From: Minisyncoccia bacterium
Lineage (GTDB): Bacteria; Patescibacteriota; Minisyncoccia; Phycocordibacterales; UBA9973
DNA: 64,000 nucleotides
Reading direction: 5' to 3'
Assembly (NCBI GenBank): GCA_044229265.1
Contig: JBGATK010000005.1
Location: 14,963-78,962, forward strand
Below are positions 45,182 through 55,373 of the stretch, piece by piece. Position 1 is the stretch's first letter; each line of letters opens with the position of its first letter. The notes beneath the pieces are model-generated. The model saw nothing but the letters and a program-made list of their open reading frames with translations. It did not search any database and was not told the DNA's origin. Both the position numbers and the translations under genes were made by a program.

Positions 45182-48100
45182 TTAAACCTTAAAATCTTTC
45201 TTTAGATAACCCTTAGTAATTTGAATTCCTTCTTCACTATGGACTTTGGTATAAGAACCGTCAGCATTTTTTTGCTCTATAGAAATATTGTAATTACCAT
45301 TTGGAGCCAAACAGAAATAATTGCCGAGGCGATCGATAATTTTATGAGTAATTTCTGTACCACTTTGCTTAGAGAATACACGTAAAATTCCATAAGCTAT
45401 AGGAGCGCCAATTTTAAACATAGCTTTGCCTTTAGCATTATTACCAAACTCTGTATGATTAAAAGCAAATAATATACCGTAAAGTGCAAATATGATTACA
45501 TTGTAATCTTTAATTTGACTACCGAGCAAAGTGATACCAGAAACAATAAAACCTACTAAAAAGAATATATCTACTATTTGCCCTACTGCTTTATCACTAC
45601 GCTTATACCAACGCAAACGATGTTGTTCTAATTTTGCATATTCATTCCAATCAAAACCTATTCTATCCATAGGAATATTTTTACTAATCACTTCTCCGAA
45701 TTCTTTTATTTCAATATAATTTCCATAATAAAGATCAGTATAAACTTCGTCTCTATCTCTACTATTTAATTTACTTGATGGGAAAACATAATGGGTTTTT
45801 TCAGCAATAATATGATAATGACCTGGCTCTACTAAAAATCCATACCTACCATCTATATCTGTAAAACAAGTTGCTAAAGTTTTCTTTTCTATGTCTACAA
45901 GTTTTAAATACACAGGATCGAGAGGTTGTTTGGTTTGTGAATCAAACACTACGCCCCATGGCTTGTGGCGTTTTTTAATACCAAAACCATAGAGGAACAT
46001 GGACCATGCTCGCATAGCGAGGTCTGTAATTCCAAGTGGATTTGTAAATACAAGTCGCACAAGATTCAGCGCAATAGTAGAAGCAGCTCCTAAAATAACT
46101 AAGGTTTTGGTAATTGCACTACCTAATATATCAGAAATTATTTCAAAAATTCCTTTTCCTGTATTTACACCAGAATTTTCATTTTGGTTTTCGCTACTAG
46201 GATTATTATTAGGATTTTGATTTGGATTATTGCCTGACGGAATATTTGGATTATTTGGTGGCGTATTTGGATTACTTGGATTATTACCTGATCCGCCATT
46301 TGGGGTAGTTGGATTATTATTTGGAGTTGTCGGAGTATTTGGAACAGATGGATTGCCACTTGGTGTATTTGGAGGATTTGTTGGTGGTGTAGGTATTGGA
46401 TTATCTGGAGTATTTGGTGGTATATTTGGATTTGAAGTATCACTATCTGTGGTTGAGACAGAAAAAATTACATCTGCTACACCATCATAACTAGTAGCCG
46501 AAAGTTCATCTATAACAGAAATAATAATATTATAACTTTGATTTCCATCAACCACTCCATCTGAAATACCAGTCAAAGTTATAGTTTGTGGTGTATTCCA
46601 ATTATTATTACTAAAAGTAATAGTTGCCGGCGAAACAGTGCCTTCATTTGTATTGCTAGAAGTAATAGATAAAACTACATCACTAGTGATATTTGATTTT
46701 AGCGATATGGTAAAAGTATCTGTGGTATTTTCAGAAACCATAGTTCCACCCTCTGTATGAACTACATTTATTCCTGGTTGCTGTCCACCGCCTCCACCCC
46801 CACCACCTCCTCCACCAACAGTTTCAGATACATCAAAAACCATAATACGATGATGTCCTGCATCAGCTTCATACAAATAATCATGAACACTATCATATCT
46901 AAGACCATTTGGATTACCTATACCAGATTGAGAAAGAGTAGGACTACCTGTTGTAAAATTTCCTTTACCTAAAACTTTTACCGCATTTTCTCCGTCAATA
47001 ATAGTAGATACATCAAAAGTTAAAACACGGTGATTAGCAACATCGGAAACAAAAAGTGTGTTATCCGAGCTACGCAGAGCAAGACCAAAAGGAAGATTAA
47101 ATTTCGATTGAGTAAGGCCGCTACTTCCAGTAGTAAAATTACTTTGTCCTAAGACATTTACAGCATTTTCGCCGTCAGTTATTGTAGCTACATCAAAGAC
47201 CATGACTCTATGATTATTACCATCAGCTACATAAAGTTTGTGATTAGTATTATCATACAAAACACCAAAAGTTGTATTGAATTTTGCTACTGTATTTCCT
47301 GTAGTTCTAGTAGTAAAATTGTTTTGTCCAATAACATTCACCGCGTTTTCGCCATCAGTGATAGTAGCTACATCAAAAGTTAAAACACGATGATTGTAAG
47401 TATCAGAAACGAAAAGTCTATTATTGGTAGAATCAAAAGATAAACCGTAAGGATAATACATCCTGGATTGAGTTACACCATTTAATGCATTTGTGAAATT
47501 GGGTTGCCCTAAAACATTTACTGCATTTTCACCGTTTACAATAGTAGTAGTATCAAAAACCATTACACGAGAATTTGTGGTATCAGAAACAAAAAGCCTA
47601 TTATTTACATCATCAAAAGCAAGCATAGTCGGATGATTTAATCCGGACTGTGTTGTAGTAGTTTCCCTTGAATTAAAATTAGGCTGACCTAAAACATAGT
47701 CTGGGATACGGTCCATCAGCAGATCATCAGAAGTTAAATTGTAAACTAACACTCTATGATTCCCATTATCTACCACGAATAAACGGTGATTGGTGTGGTC
47801 CATTGCAATATCTACAGGCTGATCGAGTCCTATTGCATTCGGCGTATCTGTAGATGAAAAATAAAACGGAACAGGATCAGTGAAATTGGTGCCATCGTAT
47901 TTACCAATCAAATCAACAGCGTTTTCACCGTTTGTAATAGTAGTTGTATCAAATATCATTATGCGATTATTATTATAATCACCTACGAACAAATAATCAT
48001 TAACTTCATCAAAAGCTAAGCTTTGAGGTGAAATTAATTTAGATTGACTAGTGTTGCCAGTTGAAGTTGTAAAATCTGTTTGACCTAGAACTTTTACTGC

Positions 48101-50356
48101 ATTTTCGCCATCAGTAATTGCGGTAGTATCAAAAACCATAATTCTATTATTATCTGAATCTGATACAAATAAACGATTATTTCCATCGAGAAGTAAAGCA
48201 TTTGGATTACTAAATCCATTAATAGTAGTTGCTACTGTATTTGAATAAAAATTAGATTGACCTAATACATTGTCTGGAACAAGGTCTTCCAATTCATTTG
48301 TGATTGATAAATCATAAACCAAAACACGATGATTCCCTGTATCTAAGACAAAAAGTCTATGATTTATAGTATCTATTACTTGGCCAGTGGGGTTAGATAA
48401 TCCCAATCTATTTGGAGCATCATCTATTCTCTGTGTTGTATAAATAGGATATGGACTAGAAACAGAAGTTTGATCGTATTGACCTATCGCATCACCAGCG
48501 TCCATACCATTTACCATTTCATCTTGTGCGGCAAATTGTAGCATACGATGCAAACTAGAATCTGTTACAAAAACACCTGCATTCTCAGGTAAGCTTACAG
48601 CTATGCCTTCAGGAGTATATATACCATTTTGATCTACATCTAAATTCTGGCTAGTAAAATTACTCTGGCCTAGAACATGCACTGCATTTTCACCATCTGT
48701 AATTGTATTTACATTATATTGAGTTATTCGCGAATTATTTTTTTCAGAAACAAATAAAGTTCCATCATTGTCAGCACCGTTCGCACCATCTCCAAAATAA
48801 GCTACATCGTGAGGATGATTCATGGTGGACTGCGTAATATCTCCGCTATTACTAATAAAGTCTGGTTGACCAAGTACATTTACTGCATCTTCACCGTCAG
48901 TAATAGTATTTACATCAAAGACTAGAACACGATTATTGTCTGCATCTGCCACAAAGAGTCTACCTGTTGCATAATCTATCGAAACACCTTTTGGAGAAGC
49001 CATACCATTTACCGTTGTCGTATAATTACTACTTACAAAATCACTTTGGCCTAAAACTTTTGTTGCATCTTCACCATTTGTTATACTAGCAACATCAAAG
49101 ACTAGAACACGATTATTGTAAACATCAGCTACATATAAAAAATTTTCTGAAAATAATATTCCCTCTGGGTAATTAATACCTGACTGCGAAAGATTTGAAT
49201 TATTACTAACAAAATCCACTTGTCCGAGAACTGCCATAGCATCTTCACCGTCTGTTATACCATCACTTAAATCATAAGCTAAAATACGATTATTTCCTGT
49301 GTCGGAAACAAAAAGTCGAGAATTTAAATAATCAAAAGTAAGACGAGTTGGGTTATTTAAAGAAGATATTGAAGTTCCTGAATTATTAGTATAATAATTT
49401 GACTGCCCTAAAACATAGTCCGGTATTCTGTCTGTGCTAGAAAAACTATTATGTACATCCAAATTATAAACCAAAATACGATTATTTGAGCTATCTGCTA
49501 AGAATAAAAAACCTCCACCTATAGCCACACCTTTAGGTGTATTAAATCCCAATCTATTTGGTGAATTATTCGCTCTATTTGAAGTATAAAGAGATGTAAG
49601 ATTACTGTAATCTGTTTCATCATATTGACCAAGCAACTTTGTTGCATCTTCACCATTTGTTATACTAGCAACATCAAAAACTAAAACTCTATGATTTGCA
49701 GAATCAGAAACATAAAGTAAATTATTAGTGTCGTCTAAGGATAATCCTTTTGGACTACTTAAACCCCACGCAGTAGCATTGTTTCCGCTGCTAACAAAAT
49801 CACTTTGACCTAAAACATTTATCGCTGTTTCGCCATTGGTAATTTCAGCAACATTAAAAATCATTATACGATTATTAGAAGAATCAGAAACATAAAGTAA
49901 ATTATTTACTGAATCAAAAACCAAATTACTAGGATTGTTTAAACCTGATTCCGTTGTATTAATAGTATTAGTGTAAAAATTAGATTGACCAAGTACATTA
50001 TCTGGAACATGATCTACAAGTAAATCTCCTGCTGTTAAATCAAAAACTAAGATACGATTATTTGCTGAATCAGAAACAAAGAGTCTATGATTCACAGAAT
50101 CAACGACTTGACCATATGAACCAGTAAAACTAAATAAATTTGGTAAATTGTTTACACGGCTAGACGTATAAAGTGGATTTGGATTTGGATAACCAGTTTC
50201 ATCAAATTGACCTAGTCCATTTGTAGCATTAGGACCATCGGAAAAAGAATTTATATTAATAACAAAATAAATAGACAAACCTACACCAAGAAGAATAGAT
50301 AAAGTAGCGAGAAAAAAATGTTTAGTTTTCATATTATTCATAGGATATATGTACAT
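45182..50356 (-). CDS. Giant surface protein with ~18 NHL (beta-propeller) repeats, a poly-Gly tract, an Ig/Calx-like segment, a Pro/Thr/Asn-rich linker and a C-terminal membrane anchor
   Basis: N-terminal signal/TM segment. Recurring ~45-aa units (N[NH]R[IV][LM]VFD...ITDGENAVNVLGQ.NFT). Other segments are GGGGGGGGGGG, PNTPDNPIPTPPTNPPNTP... and a DGRYGF carboxypeptidase-regulatory-like segment. Several hydrophobic helices lie near the C-terminus. Confidence 0.8.
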   Translation of the reverse strand: MYIYPMNNMKTKHFFLATLSILLGVGLSIYFVININSFSDGPNATNGLGQFDETGYPNPNPLYTSSRVNNLPNLFSFTGSYGQVVDSVNHRLFVSDSANNRILVFDLTAGDLLVDHVPDNVLGQSNFYTNTINTTESGLNNPSNLVFDSVNNLLYVSDSSNNRIMIFNVAEITNGETAINVLGQSDFVSSGNNATAWGLSSPKGLSLDDTNNLLYVSDSANHRVLVFDVASITNGEDATKLLGQYDETDYSNLTSLYTSNRANNSPNRLGFNTPKGVAIGGGFLFLADSSNNRILVYNLDVHNSFSSTDRIPDYVLGQSNYYTNNSGTSISSLNNPTRLTFDYLNSRLFVSDTGNNRILAYDLSDGITDGEDAMAVLGQVDFVSNNSNLSQSGINYPEGILFSENFLYVADVYNNRVLVFDVASITNGEDATKVLGQSDFVSSNYTTTVNGMASPKGVSIDYATGRLFVADADNNRVLVFDVNTITDGEDAVNVLGQPDFISNSGDITQSTMNHPHDVAYFGDGANGADNDGTLFVSEKNNSRITQYNVNTITDGENAVHVLGQSNFTSQNLDVDQNGIYTPEGIAVSLPENAGVFVTDSSLHRMLQFAAQDEMVNGMDAGDAIGQYDQTSVSSPYPIYTTQRIDDAPNRLGLSNPTGQVIDTINHRLFVLDTGNHRVLVYDLSITNELEDLVPDNVLGQSNFYSNTVATTINGFSNPNALLLDGNNRLFVSDSDNNRIMVFDTTAITDGENAVKVLGQTDFTTSTGNTSQSKLISPQSLAFDEVNDYLFVGDYNNNRIMIFDTTTITNGENAVDLIGKYDGTNFTDPVPFYFSSTDTPNAIGLDQPVDIAMDHTNHRLFVVDNGNHRVLVYNLTSDDLLMDRIPDYVLGQPNFNSRETTTTQSGLNHPTMLAFDDVNNRLFVSDTTNSRVMVFDTTTIVNGENAVNVLGQPNFTNALNGVTQSRMYYPYGLSFDSTNNRLFVSDTYNHRVLTFDVATITDGENAVNVIGQNNFTTRTTGNTVAKFNTTFGVLYDNTNHKLYVADGNNHRVMVFDVATITDGENAVNVLGQSNFTTGSSGLTQSKFNLPFGLALRSSDNTLFVSDVANHRVLTFDVSTIIDGENAVKVLGKGNFTTGSPTLSQSGIGNPNGLRYDSVHDYLYEADAGHHRIMVFDVSETVGGGGGGGGGGGQQPGINVVHTEGGTMVSENTTDTFTISLKSNITSDVVLSITSSNTNEGTVSPATITFSNNNWNTPQTITLTGISDGVVDGNQSYNIIISVIDELSATSYDGVADVIFSVSTTDSDTSNPNIPPNTPDNPIPTPPTNPPNTPSGNPSVPNTPTTPNNNPTTPNGGSGNNPSNPNTPPNNPNIPSGNNPNQNPNNNPSSENQNENSGVNTGKGIFEIISDILGSAITKTLVILGAASTIALNLVRLVFTNPLGITDLAMRAWSMFLYGFGIKKRHKPWGVVFDSQTKQPLDPVYLKLVDIEKKTLATCFTDIDGRYGFLVEPGHYHIIAEKTHYVFPSSKLNSRDRDEVYTDLYYGNYIEIKEFGEVISKNIPMDRIGFDWNEYAKLEQHRLRWYKRSDKAVGQIVDIFFLVGFIVSGITLLGSQIKDYNVIIFALYGILFAFNHTEFGNNAKGKAMFKIGAPIAYGILRVFSKQSGTEITHKIIDRLGNYFCLAPNGNYNISIEQKNADGSYTKVHSEEGIQITKGYLKKDFKV

Positions 50357-50424
50357 ATAATAATAGCATTACGAGCATTTAAATAAAAGTGGAAAAAAGT
50401 TAGAAAATAAGGTAAGTTAAGATT

Positions 50425-51558
50425 ATGATAGTTTTAAGCATAGAAACCTCGTGCGATGATACGGGCATAAGCATATTAGAAATAAAAGACTTGAGAACCA
50501 AAGCTGTATTTTCAGTATTGGCGAATTTCGTATCTTCCCAAACTGCTATACACTCTCCTTATGGCGGAGTTTTTCCTGCGCTTGCCAAACGTGAACATAT
50601 AAAAAATTTGCCAATATTATTAGAAAAAGCTCTAAAAAAAGCAAAAATTAAAATAGAGGATTTAGATTTAATTTGTGTGACAAGTGGCCCAGGACTCGAA
50701 CCTGCTCTTTGGACTGGAATAGTCTTTGCTAAAGAACTAACCAAAAAATACAAAATTCCCATAACTGCTGTAAACCATATGGAAGGCCACATACTATCTG
50801 TATTTGCAAAAAGTAAAAATTTTGAAATTCCAAAAGAGGCAAGCAAGGTAGGATTTCCTATGATTTCGCTTTTAGTTTCGGGCGGGCATACTGAACTTGT
50901 ATTAGTAGAAGCTTGGGGTAAATACAAGATTTTAGGCAAAACTCTCGACGACGCTGTTGGTGAAGCTTTCGATAAGGTAGCGCGCATGCTAGGCCTGCCA
51001 TACCCTGGAGGACCAGAAATTTCAAAATTAGCAGAAGAAAATAGGAAGATTGTGAATTTAAGAACCCTTGCGCAGGCTGACGAGCCGAGCAGAGCAATTT
51101 TTCAGCAGAAAAATATGCGTGGTGAGAAAATTCATAATCTTCCTATTTTCACCCTCCCTCGCCCAATGATGTATAGCAAAGATTTTAATTTCTCATATTC
51201 AGGACTCAAAACTGCAGTACTATATTTAATAAAAAAAATTGATGTTTTAGATGAAAATACAAAAAAAGCTATAGCATTAGAATTTGAAAATGCAGCCATA
51301 GAACCACTATTACATAAAACTAAAAAAGCTATAGAAAAATACAATGCAAAAACATTAATTGTCGGCGGAGGTGTAGCTCAAAATAAACATTTACAAAGAA
51401 TCTTAAAAAAAGAAATAAAAAAAACTAAAATCTTCTTCCCTGTTCGTGCTTTAGCTTCTGACAACGCTCTGATGATAGGTATTGCTGGCACACTATCATA
51501 TCTCAAGAAAAAAAAATCGTCAAAAAATGTAAAAGCCGAGGGTAATCTATCATTGTAA
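50425..51558 (+). CDS. tsaD: tRNA N6-adenosine threonylcarbamoyltransferase TsaD
   Basis: MIVLSIETSCDDTGISILE N-terminus and Kae1/TsaD HxEGH metal motif (NHMEGH). Confidence 0.85.
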   Translation: MIVLSIETSCDDTGISILEIKDLRTKAVFSVLANFVSSQTAIHSPYGGVFPALAKREHIKNLPILLEKALKKAKIKIEDLDLICVTSGPGLEPALWTGIVFAKELTKKYKIPITAVNHMEGHILSVFAKSKNFEIPKEASKVGFPMISLLVSGGHTELVLVEAWGKYKILGKTLDDAVGEAFDKVARMLGLPYPGGPEISKLAEENRKIVNLRTLAQADEPSRAIFQQKNMRGEKIHNLPIFTLPRPMMYSKDFNFSYSGLKTAVLYLIKKIDVLDENTKKAIALEFENAAIEPLLHKTKKAIEKYNAKTLIVGGGVAQNKHLQRILKKEIKKTKIFFPVRALASDNALMIGIAGTLSYLKKKKSSKNVKAEGNLSL

Positions 51559-51609
51559 AAAAATAAATTTTTATTTGGAAAAACATACTAAAAATGTTAT
51601 ATTTTTTAT

Positions 51610-53766
51610 ATGGAAATTAATGAAAAATTACTAAAACCTTATAATGCAAAAGACACCGAGGGCAGAATTTACAAGGAATGGGAAGATTCTGGTTTTTTCA
51701 ATCCAGATGTATGTATAGAAAAAGGCGTCATACCTAGCACCGCTGAAGCATTTTCTATTGTACTTCCCCCACCAAATGCAACTGGAGTCCTCCACCTCGG
51801 CCACGCACTCGAGACTTCAATGCAAGACGCTATGATACGCTACAATCGTATGCAAGGTAAAAAAACCTTATGGCTTCCAGGAACTGATCACGCAGCCATA
51901 GCTACTGATGCCAAAGTTACCAAAATTTTAGAAAAAGAAGGTTTAAAAAAGAAAGATATTGGCAGAGAAAAATTTTTGGAGAGAGTAGAGGTATTTGTAG
52001 AAGATAGTAGGAAAACTATTACAAGCCAACTTCGAAACATGGGTGCTAGCCTAGATTGGTCACGTGAAGCTTTTACCTTAGATGAAAAAAGGCATATTGC
52101 CGTAAATACTGCTTTCAAAAAAATGTACGATGATGGTTTAATTTATCGCGGGCACCGTATTGTAAACTGGGATCCCAAAGGCCAAACTGTAATTTCTGAC
52201 GACGAATTAGTTTACGAAGAAAAAAAGGGTAAATTTTATACTTTTAAGTATGGTCCATTCAATATAGGCACTGCCCGCCCTGAAACAAAATTTGGCGATA
52301 AATATGTAGTAATGCATCCAGATGATATTCGTTATAAAGAATATATGCATATGCAGAAAATAAATTTAGAATGGATAAATGGCCCGATTGAGGCGACTAT
52401 TATTAAAGATGAAATGATAGATATGGAATTCGGCACAGGAGTCATGACCATTACTCCATGGCACAGCCACGAAGACTTTGCTCTAGCAGAAAAATATAAA
52501 TTAGAAAAAGAGCAAATTATCGACAAATACGGCAAGCTACTCCCTATCGCTGGTGAATTCGCAGGTATGAAAATAAGTGATGCGAGAGAAAAAATTGTAG
52601 AAAAATTAAAAGAAAAAGGTTTACTTGTGTCAGTAGACGAAAACTATACAAATCGTGTAGCTACTGCCGAGCGCACTGGTGGCACAATAGAGCCTCAAAT
52701 CATGGAGCAATGGTTTATAGATGTAAATAAAAAAATAAAAGACAGAGACAATAAATCTCTCAAAGAGCTCATGCTATCTCCTGTGCAAAATAGCGAAATA
52801 AAAATCCTACCAGATAGATTTGAAAAAGTGTATTACAACTGGGTAGAAAATTTACGCGACTGGTGTATTTCAAGGCAGATTTGGTATGGACACAGAATTC
52901 CTGTTTGGTATCGAGGGGAAGAAATTTTTGTAGGAGAAAATCCAGGCGAAAATTGGACTCAAGACCCTGATAGCCTAGACACATGGTTCTCTTCTGGACT
53001 TTGGACCTTTTCTACGCTAGGCTGGCCAGAAAATACAAATGACTTAAAAAAATTCCACCCGACAAGTGTTGTGAATCCTGGATATGAAATTCTATTCTTT
53101 TGGGTTGCTCGTATGATACTTATGTCTAAATATTTGCTAGACGAAATTCCATTTAAAACAGTTTATCTACACGGCATGCTTCGTGATGCAAAGGGTCAAA
53201 AGTTCAGCAAGTCACTGGATAATGGCATAGACCCAATAAAAGTTATTGAAGAATACGGAGCTGATGCACTGCGTATGTCGCTCATCGTTGGCATTGCTCC
53301 TGGTATGGATAGTAAATTCGATATTCAAAAAGTAAAAGCTTACAGTAAATTTGCAAATAAGATCTGGAATGCAACTCGTTTTGTCTTAGAACAAACACAA
53401 GACCTAGATTTAAATAATTTAGCAAATACAGATTTAGACGAAGAAGACAAAAAGTCTCAGGAAGAATTAAATAAACTTTTGCAAGAAATAACATTAGAAA
53501 TGGAAGAATATAAATTCTACATAGTTGCTGAAAAGCTTTACCATTATTTTTGGCATACTTTTGCAGACATAATAATTGAACGCTCAAAAAAGAAAATTTT
53601 AGAAAATAACAACACAAAAAGTGCTAAAACTATACTTGTAATGCAACTAGAAATACTAATTAAAGCTCTTCACCCATTTATGCCTTTTGTTACAGAAGAG
53701 CTTTGGGCTATAATGAATAAGAAGGATATGCTAATGGTATCTCCTTGGCCAACAAATAATGTTTAG
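51610..53766 (+). CDS. valS: Valyl-tRNA synthetase (short form)
   Basis: PPPNATGVLHLGHA (HIGH), ...WLPGTDHAAIAT, and KFSKS (KMSKS). 718 aa, lacking the C-terminal coiled-coil. Confidence 0.85.
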   Translation: MEINEKLLKPYNAKDTEGRIYKEWEDSGFFNPDVCIEKGVIPSTAEAFSIVLPPPNATGVLHLGHALETSMQDAMIRYNRMQGKKTLWLPGTDHAAIATDAKVTKILEKEGLKKKDIGREKFLERVEVFVEDSRKTITSQLRNMGASLDWSREAFTLDEKRHIAVNTAFKKMYDDGLIYRGHRIVNWDPKGQTVISDDELVYEEKKGKFYTFKYGPFNIGTARPETKFGDKYVVMHPDDIRYKEYMHMQKINLEWINGPIEATIIKDEMIDMEFGTGVMTITPWHSHEDFALAEKYKLEKEQIIDKYGKLLPIAGEFAGMKISDAREKIVEKLKEKGLLVSVDENYTNRVATAERTGGTIEPQIMEQWFIDVNKKIKDRDNKSLKELMLSPVQNSEIKILPDRFEKVYYNWVENLRDWCISRQIWYGHRIPVWYRGEEIFVGENPGENWTQDPDSLDTWFSSGLWTFSTLGWPENTNDLKKFHPTSVVNPGYEILFFWVARMILMSKYLLDEIPFKTVYLHGMLRDAKGQKFSKSLDNGIDPIKVIEEYGADALRMSLIVGIAPGMDSKFDIQKVKAYSKFANKIWNATRFVLEQTQDLDLNNLANTDLDEEDKKSQEELNKLLQEITLEMEEYKFYIVAEKLYHYFWHTFADIIIERSKKKILENNNTKSAKTILVMQLEILIKALHPFMPFVTEELWAIMNKKDMLMVSPWPTNNV

Positions 53767-54442
53767 TGACCCAAAAATTTTAGGATTAGCTTTTATAGGA
53801 GGAACTGTTCCTGCTCTGATTTGGCTGTGGTTTTGGCTTAAAGAAGACAAGCATAACAAGGAACCTCGTGGACTTCTAACTATGATATTTATCATGGGTA
53901 TGCTCGGAGTGATATTAGTTTTACCTATACAAAAAATAATTCAAAATATCGGATTCTCTTCTGACACAGAAACTATTCTCTGGGCACTAGCAGAAGAATT
54001 AATAAAATTTTTAGCTATAATTGTTGTCTTAGTTAAGACTAACTTTATAGATGAACCTGTAGATTGGCCAGTTTATCTAATAACCGGAGCGCTAGGCTTT
54101 GCTGCACTTGAAAATAGTCTTTTTATTTTAAAACCACTTTCACTAGGTGATGCAACTGTAAGTATAGTAACTAGCCAGCTTCGCTTCCTCGGTTCGACAT
54201 TGCTTCACGCTGTATCTAGTGGAATCTTGGGAGTTTTTCTTGGACTTGCCTTCCATTTAAAACCATTTTTCAAAAAAATTTATTTTCTTTGTGGAATTAT
54301 TTTTGCAACCGCCTTGCATAGTATCTTTAATTTTTTTATAATTAAAGGAGATGGTAATAATTTTCTAGAAACTTTAGCTTTCCTTTGGGTTATCACCATT
54401 ATACTCATGCTACTTTTCGAAAAATTACGAAGAATGAGTTAG
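53759..54442 (+). CDS. PrsW-family intramembrane metalloprotease-like protein
   Basis: Polytopic protein with EELIK (EExxK), LLHAVSSG and HSIFN (HxxxN) motifs. Confidence 0.5.
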   Translation: MFSDPKILGLAFIGGTVPALIWLWFWLKEDKHNKEPRGLLTMIFIMGMLGVILVLPIQKIIQNIGFSSDTETILWALAEELIKFLAIIVVLVKTNFIDEPVDWPVYLITGALGFAALENSLFILKPLSLGDATVSIVTSQLRFLGSTLLHAVSSGILGVFLGLAFHLKPFFKKIYFLCGIIFATALHSIFNFFIIKGDGNNFLETLAFLWVITIILMLLFEKLRRMS

Positions 54443-54474
54443 TAATTAATATTTTTAATAAACAAAACAAAACT

Positions 54475-54936
54475 ATGAGTAAAAAAAGAAGTTTTTTTGA
54501 AAGATTAACAGGTAGTATAAATGTCGATGAAGAGATCGAAGAAGAAAAGCCCACAAAAGGAAATGACAAGAAAGGTGGTATGGAATGGATGGAAGAAGAA
54601 AATGAAGAAGCGGAGCTAGCTGTCGATGTATACCAAACTCGCTCTGATATCGTAATACAGACCATGGTAGCTGGTGTAAAGCCTGAAGACCTAGACCTGA
54701 CTATCGCTCGCGATATGGTTACCATAAAAGGTAAACGTGAAGAAAATAAAAATATCGATGATGATGATTATTTTACTAAAGAGTTATACTGGGGCGCATT
54801 TACTCGCACCATTCTCCTACCTCAAGAAATAGAACCAGAAGAAACTGAAGCCACAGAAAAACATGGCCTACTCACCATCAAACTCCAAAAAATAGATAAA
54901 GAAAAGAAAACTTCTGTGAAAGTTAAATCTTTGTAG
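54475..54936 (+). CDS. Hsp20/alpha-crystallin small heat-shock protein (start set to MSKKR)
   Basis: Alpha-crystallin domain (VDVYQTRSDIVIQTMVAGVKPEDLDLTI...GLLTIKLQK). The ORF-track start at 54385 overlaps the upstream gene. Confidence 0.8.
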   Translation: MSKKRSFFERLTGSINVDEEIEEEKPTKGNDKKGGMEWMEEENEEAELAVDVYQTRSDIVIQTMVAGVKPEDLDLTIARDMVTIKGKREENKNIDDDDYFTKELYWGAFTRTILLPQEIEPEETEATEKHGLLTIKLQKIDKEKKTSVKVKSL

Positions 54937-54955
54937 CAAAAACTTAAATTGATAC

Positions 54956-55297
54956 ATGCGATCAGTTTTACATGCAAAAATTCATAAAGCCACAGTAACG
55001 GAAGCAGATTTGAGCTATATCGGTAGTATTACTATTGATCAAGAATTAGCCGAAAAGGTTGGCCTTTGGGATGGCGAAAAAGTCATGGTGGTTTCTAATA
55101 CCTCGGGTAACCGCCTAGAAACTTATGTAATCTACGGAGCTAGGAATTCTGGCATCATATGCATGAACGGCGCCGCAGCTCACCTAATAAAAAAAGGAGA
55201 TGAAATAATAATTATGGGCTTTGAACTTACAGATAAACCCATCAAAGCTACCAACATACTTGTCGATAAACAAAACAAATTTGTTAAGTTTTTGTAA
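54956..55297 (+). CDS. panD: Aspartate 1-decarboxylase (pyruvoyl-dependent)
   Basis: MRSVLHAKIHKATVTEADLSYIGSITID matches the PanD N-terminus including the Gly-Ser self-cleavage site. 113 aa. Confidence 0.9.
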   Translation: MRSVLHAKIHKATVTEADLSYIGSITIDQELAEKVGLWDGEKVMVVSNTSGNRLETYVIYGARNSGIICMNGAAAHLIKKGDEIIIMGFELTDKPIKATNILVDKQNKFVKFL

Positions 55298-55298
55298 A

Positions 55299-55373
55299 TG
55301 GTGCCGGGGGTGAGAATCGCACTCACGACCTATCCCTCTTCAGGGGAGAGCTCTACTACTGAGCTACCCCGGC
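55299..55373 (-). tRNA. tRNA-Phe-like (anticodon GAA), non-canonical features
   Basis: Minus-strand sequence GCCGGGGTAGCTCAGTAGTAGAGCT CTCCC CTGAAGA GGGAT AGGTC GTGAG TGCGATT CTCAC CCCCGGC A CCA. CCA is encoded. There is a C-U mismatch at 27-43, G at position 37 and G at T-loop position 55. Confidence 0.6.

Noticed and set aside
46165-46490. Two overlapping ORFs (92 aa minus strand, 86 aa plus strand) with Gln/Ile/Leu- or Gly/Phe/Val-rich products
   Set aside because: They are off-frame readings of the Pro/Thr/Asn-rich low-complexity linker of the NHL giant gene. They are not independent genes.
46786-46815. Possible slippage-prone homopolymer (poly-Gly tract)
   Set aside because: The eleven Gly codons are a mix of GGT/GGA/GGG/GGC, not a mononucleotide or short tandem DNA repeat. 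This is not a classical phase-variation tract.
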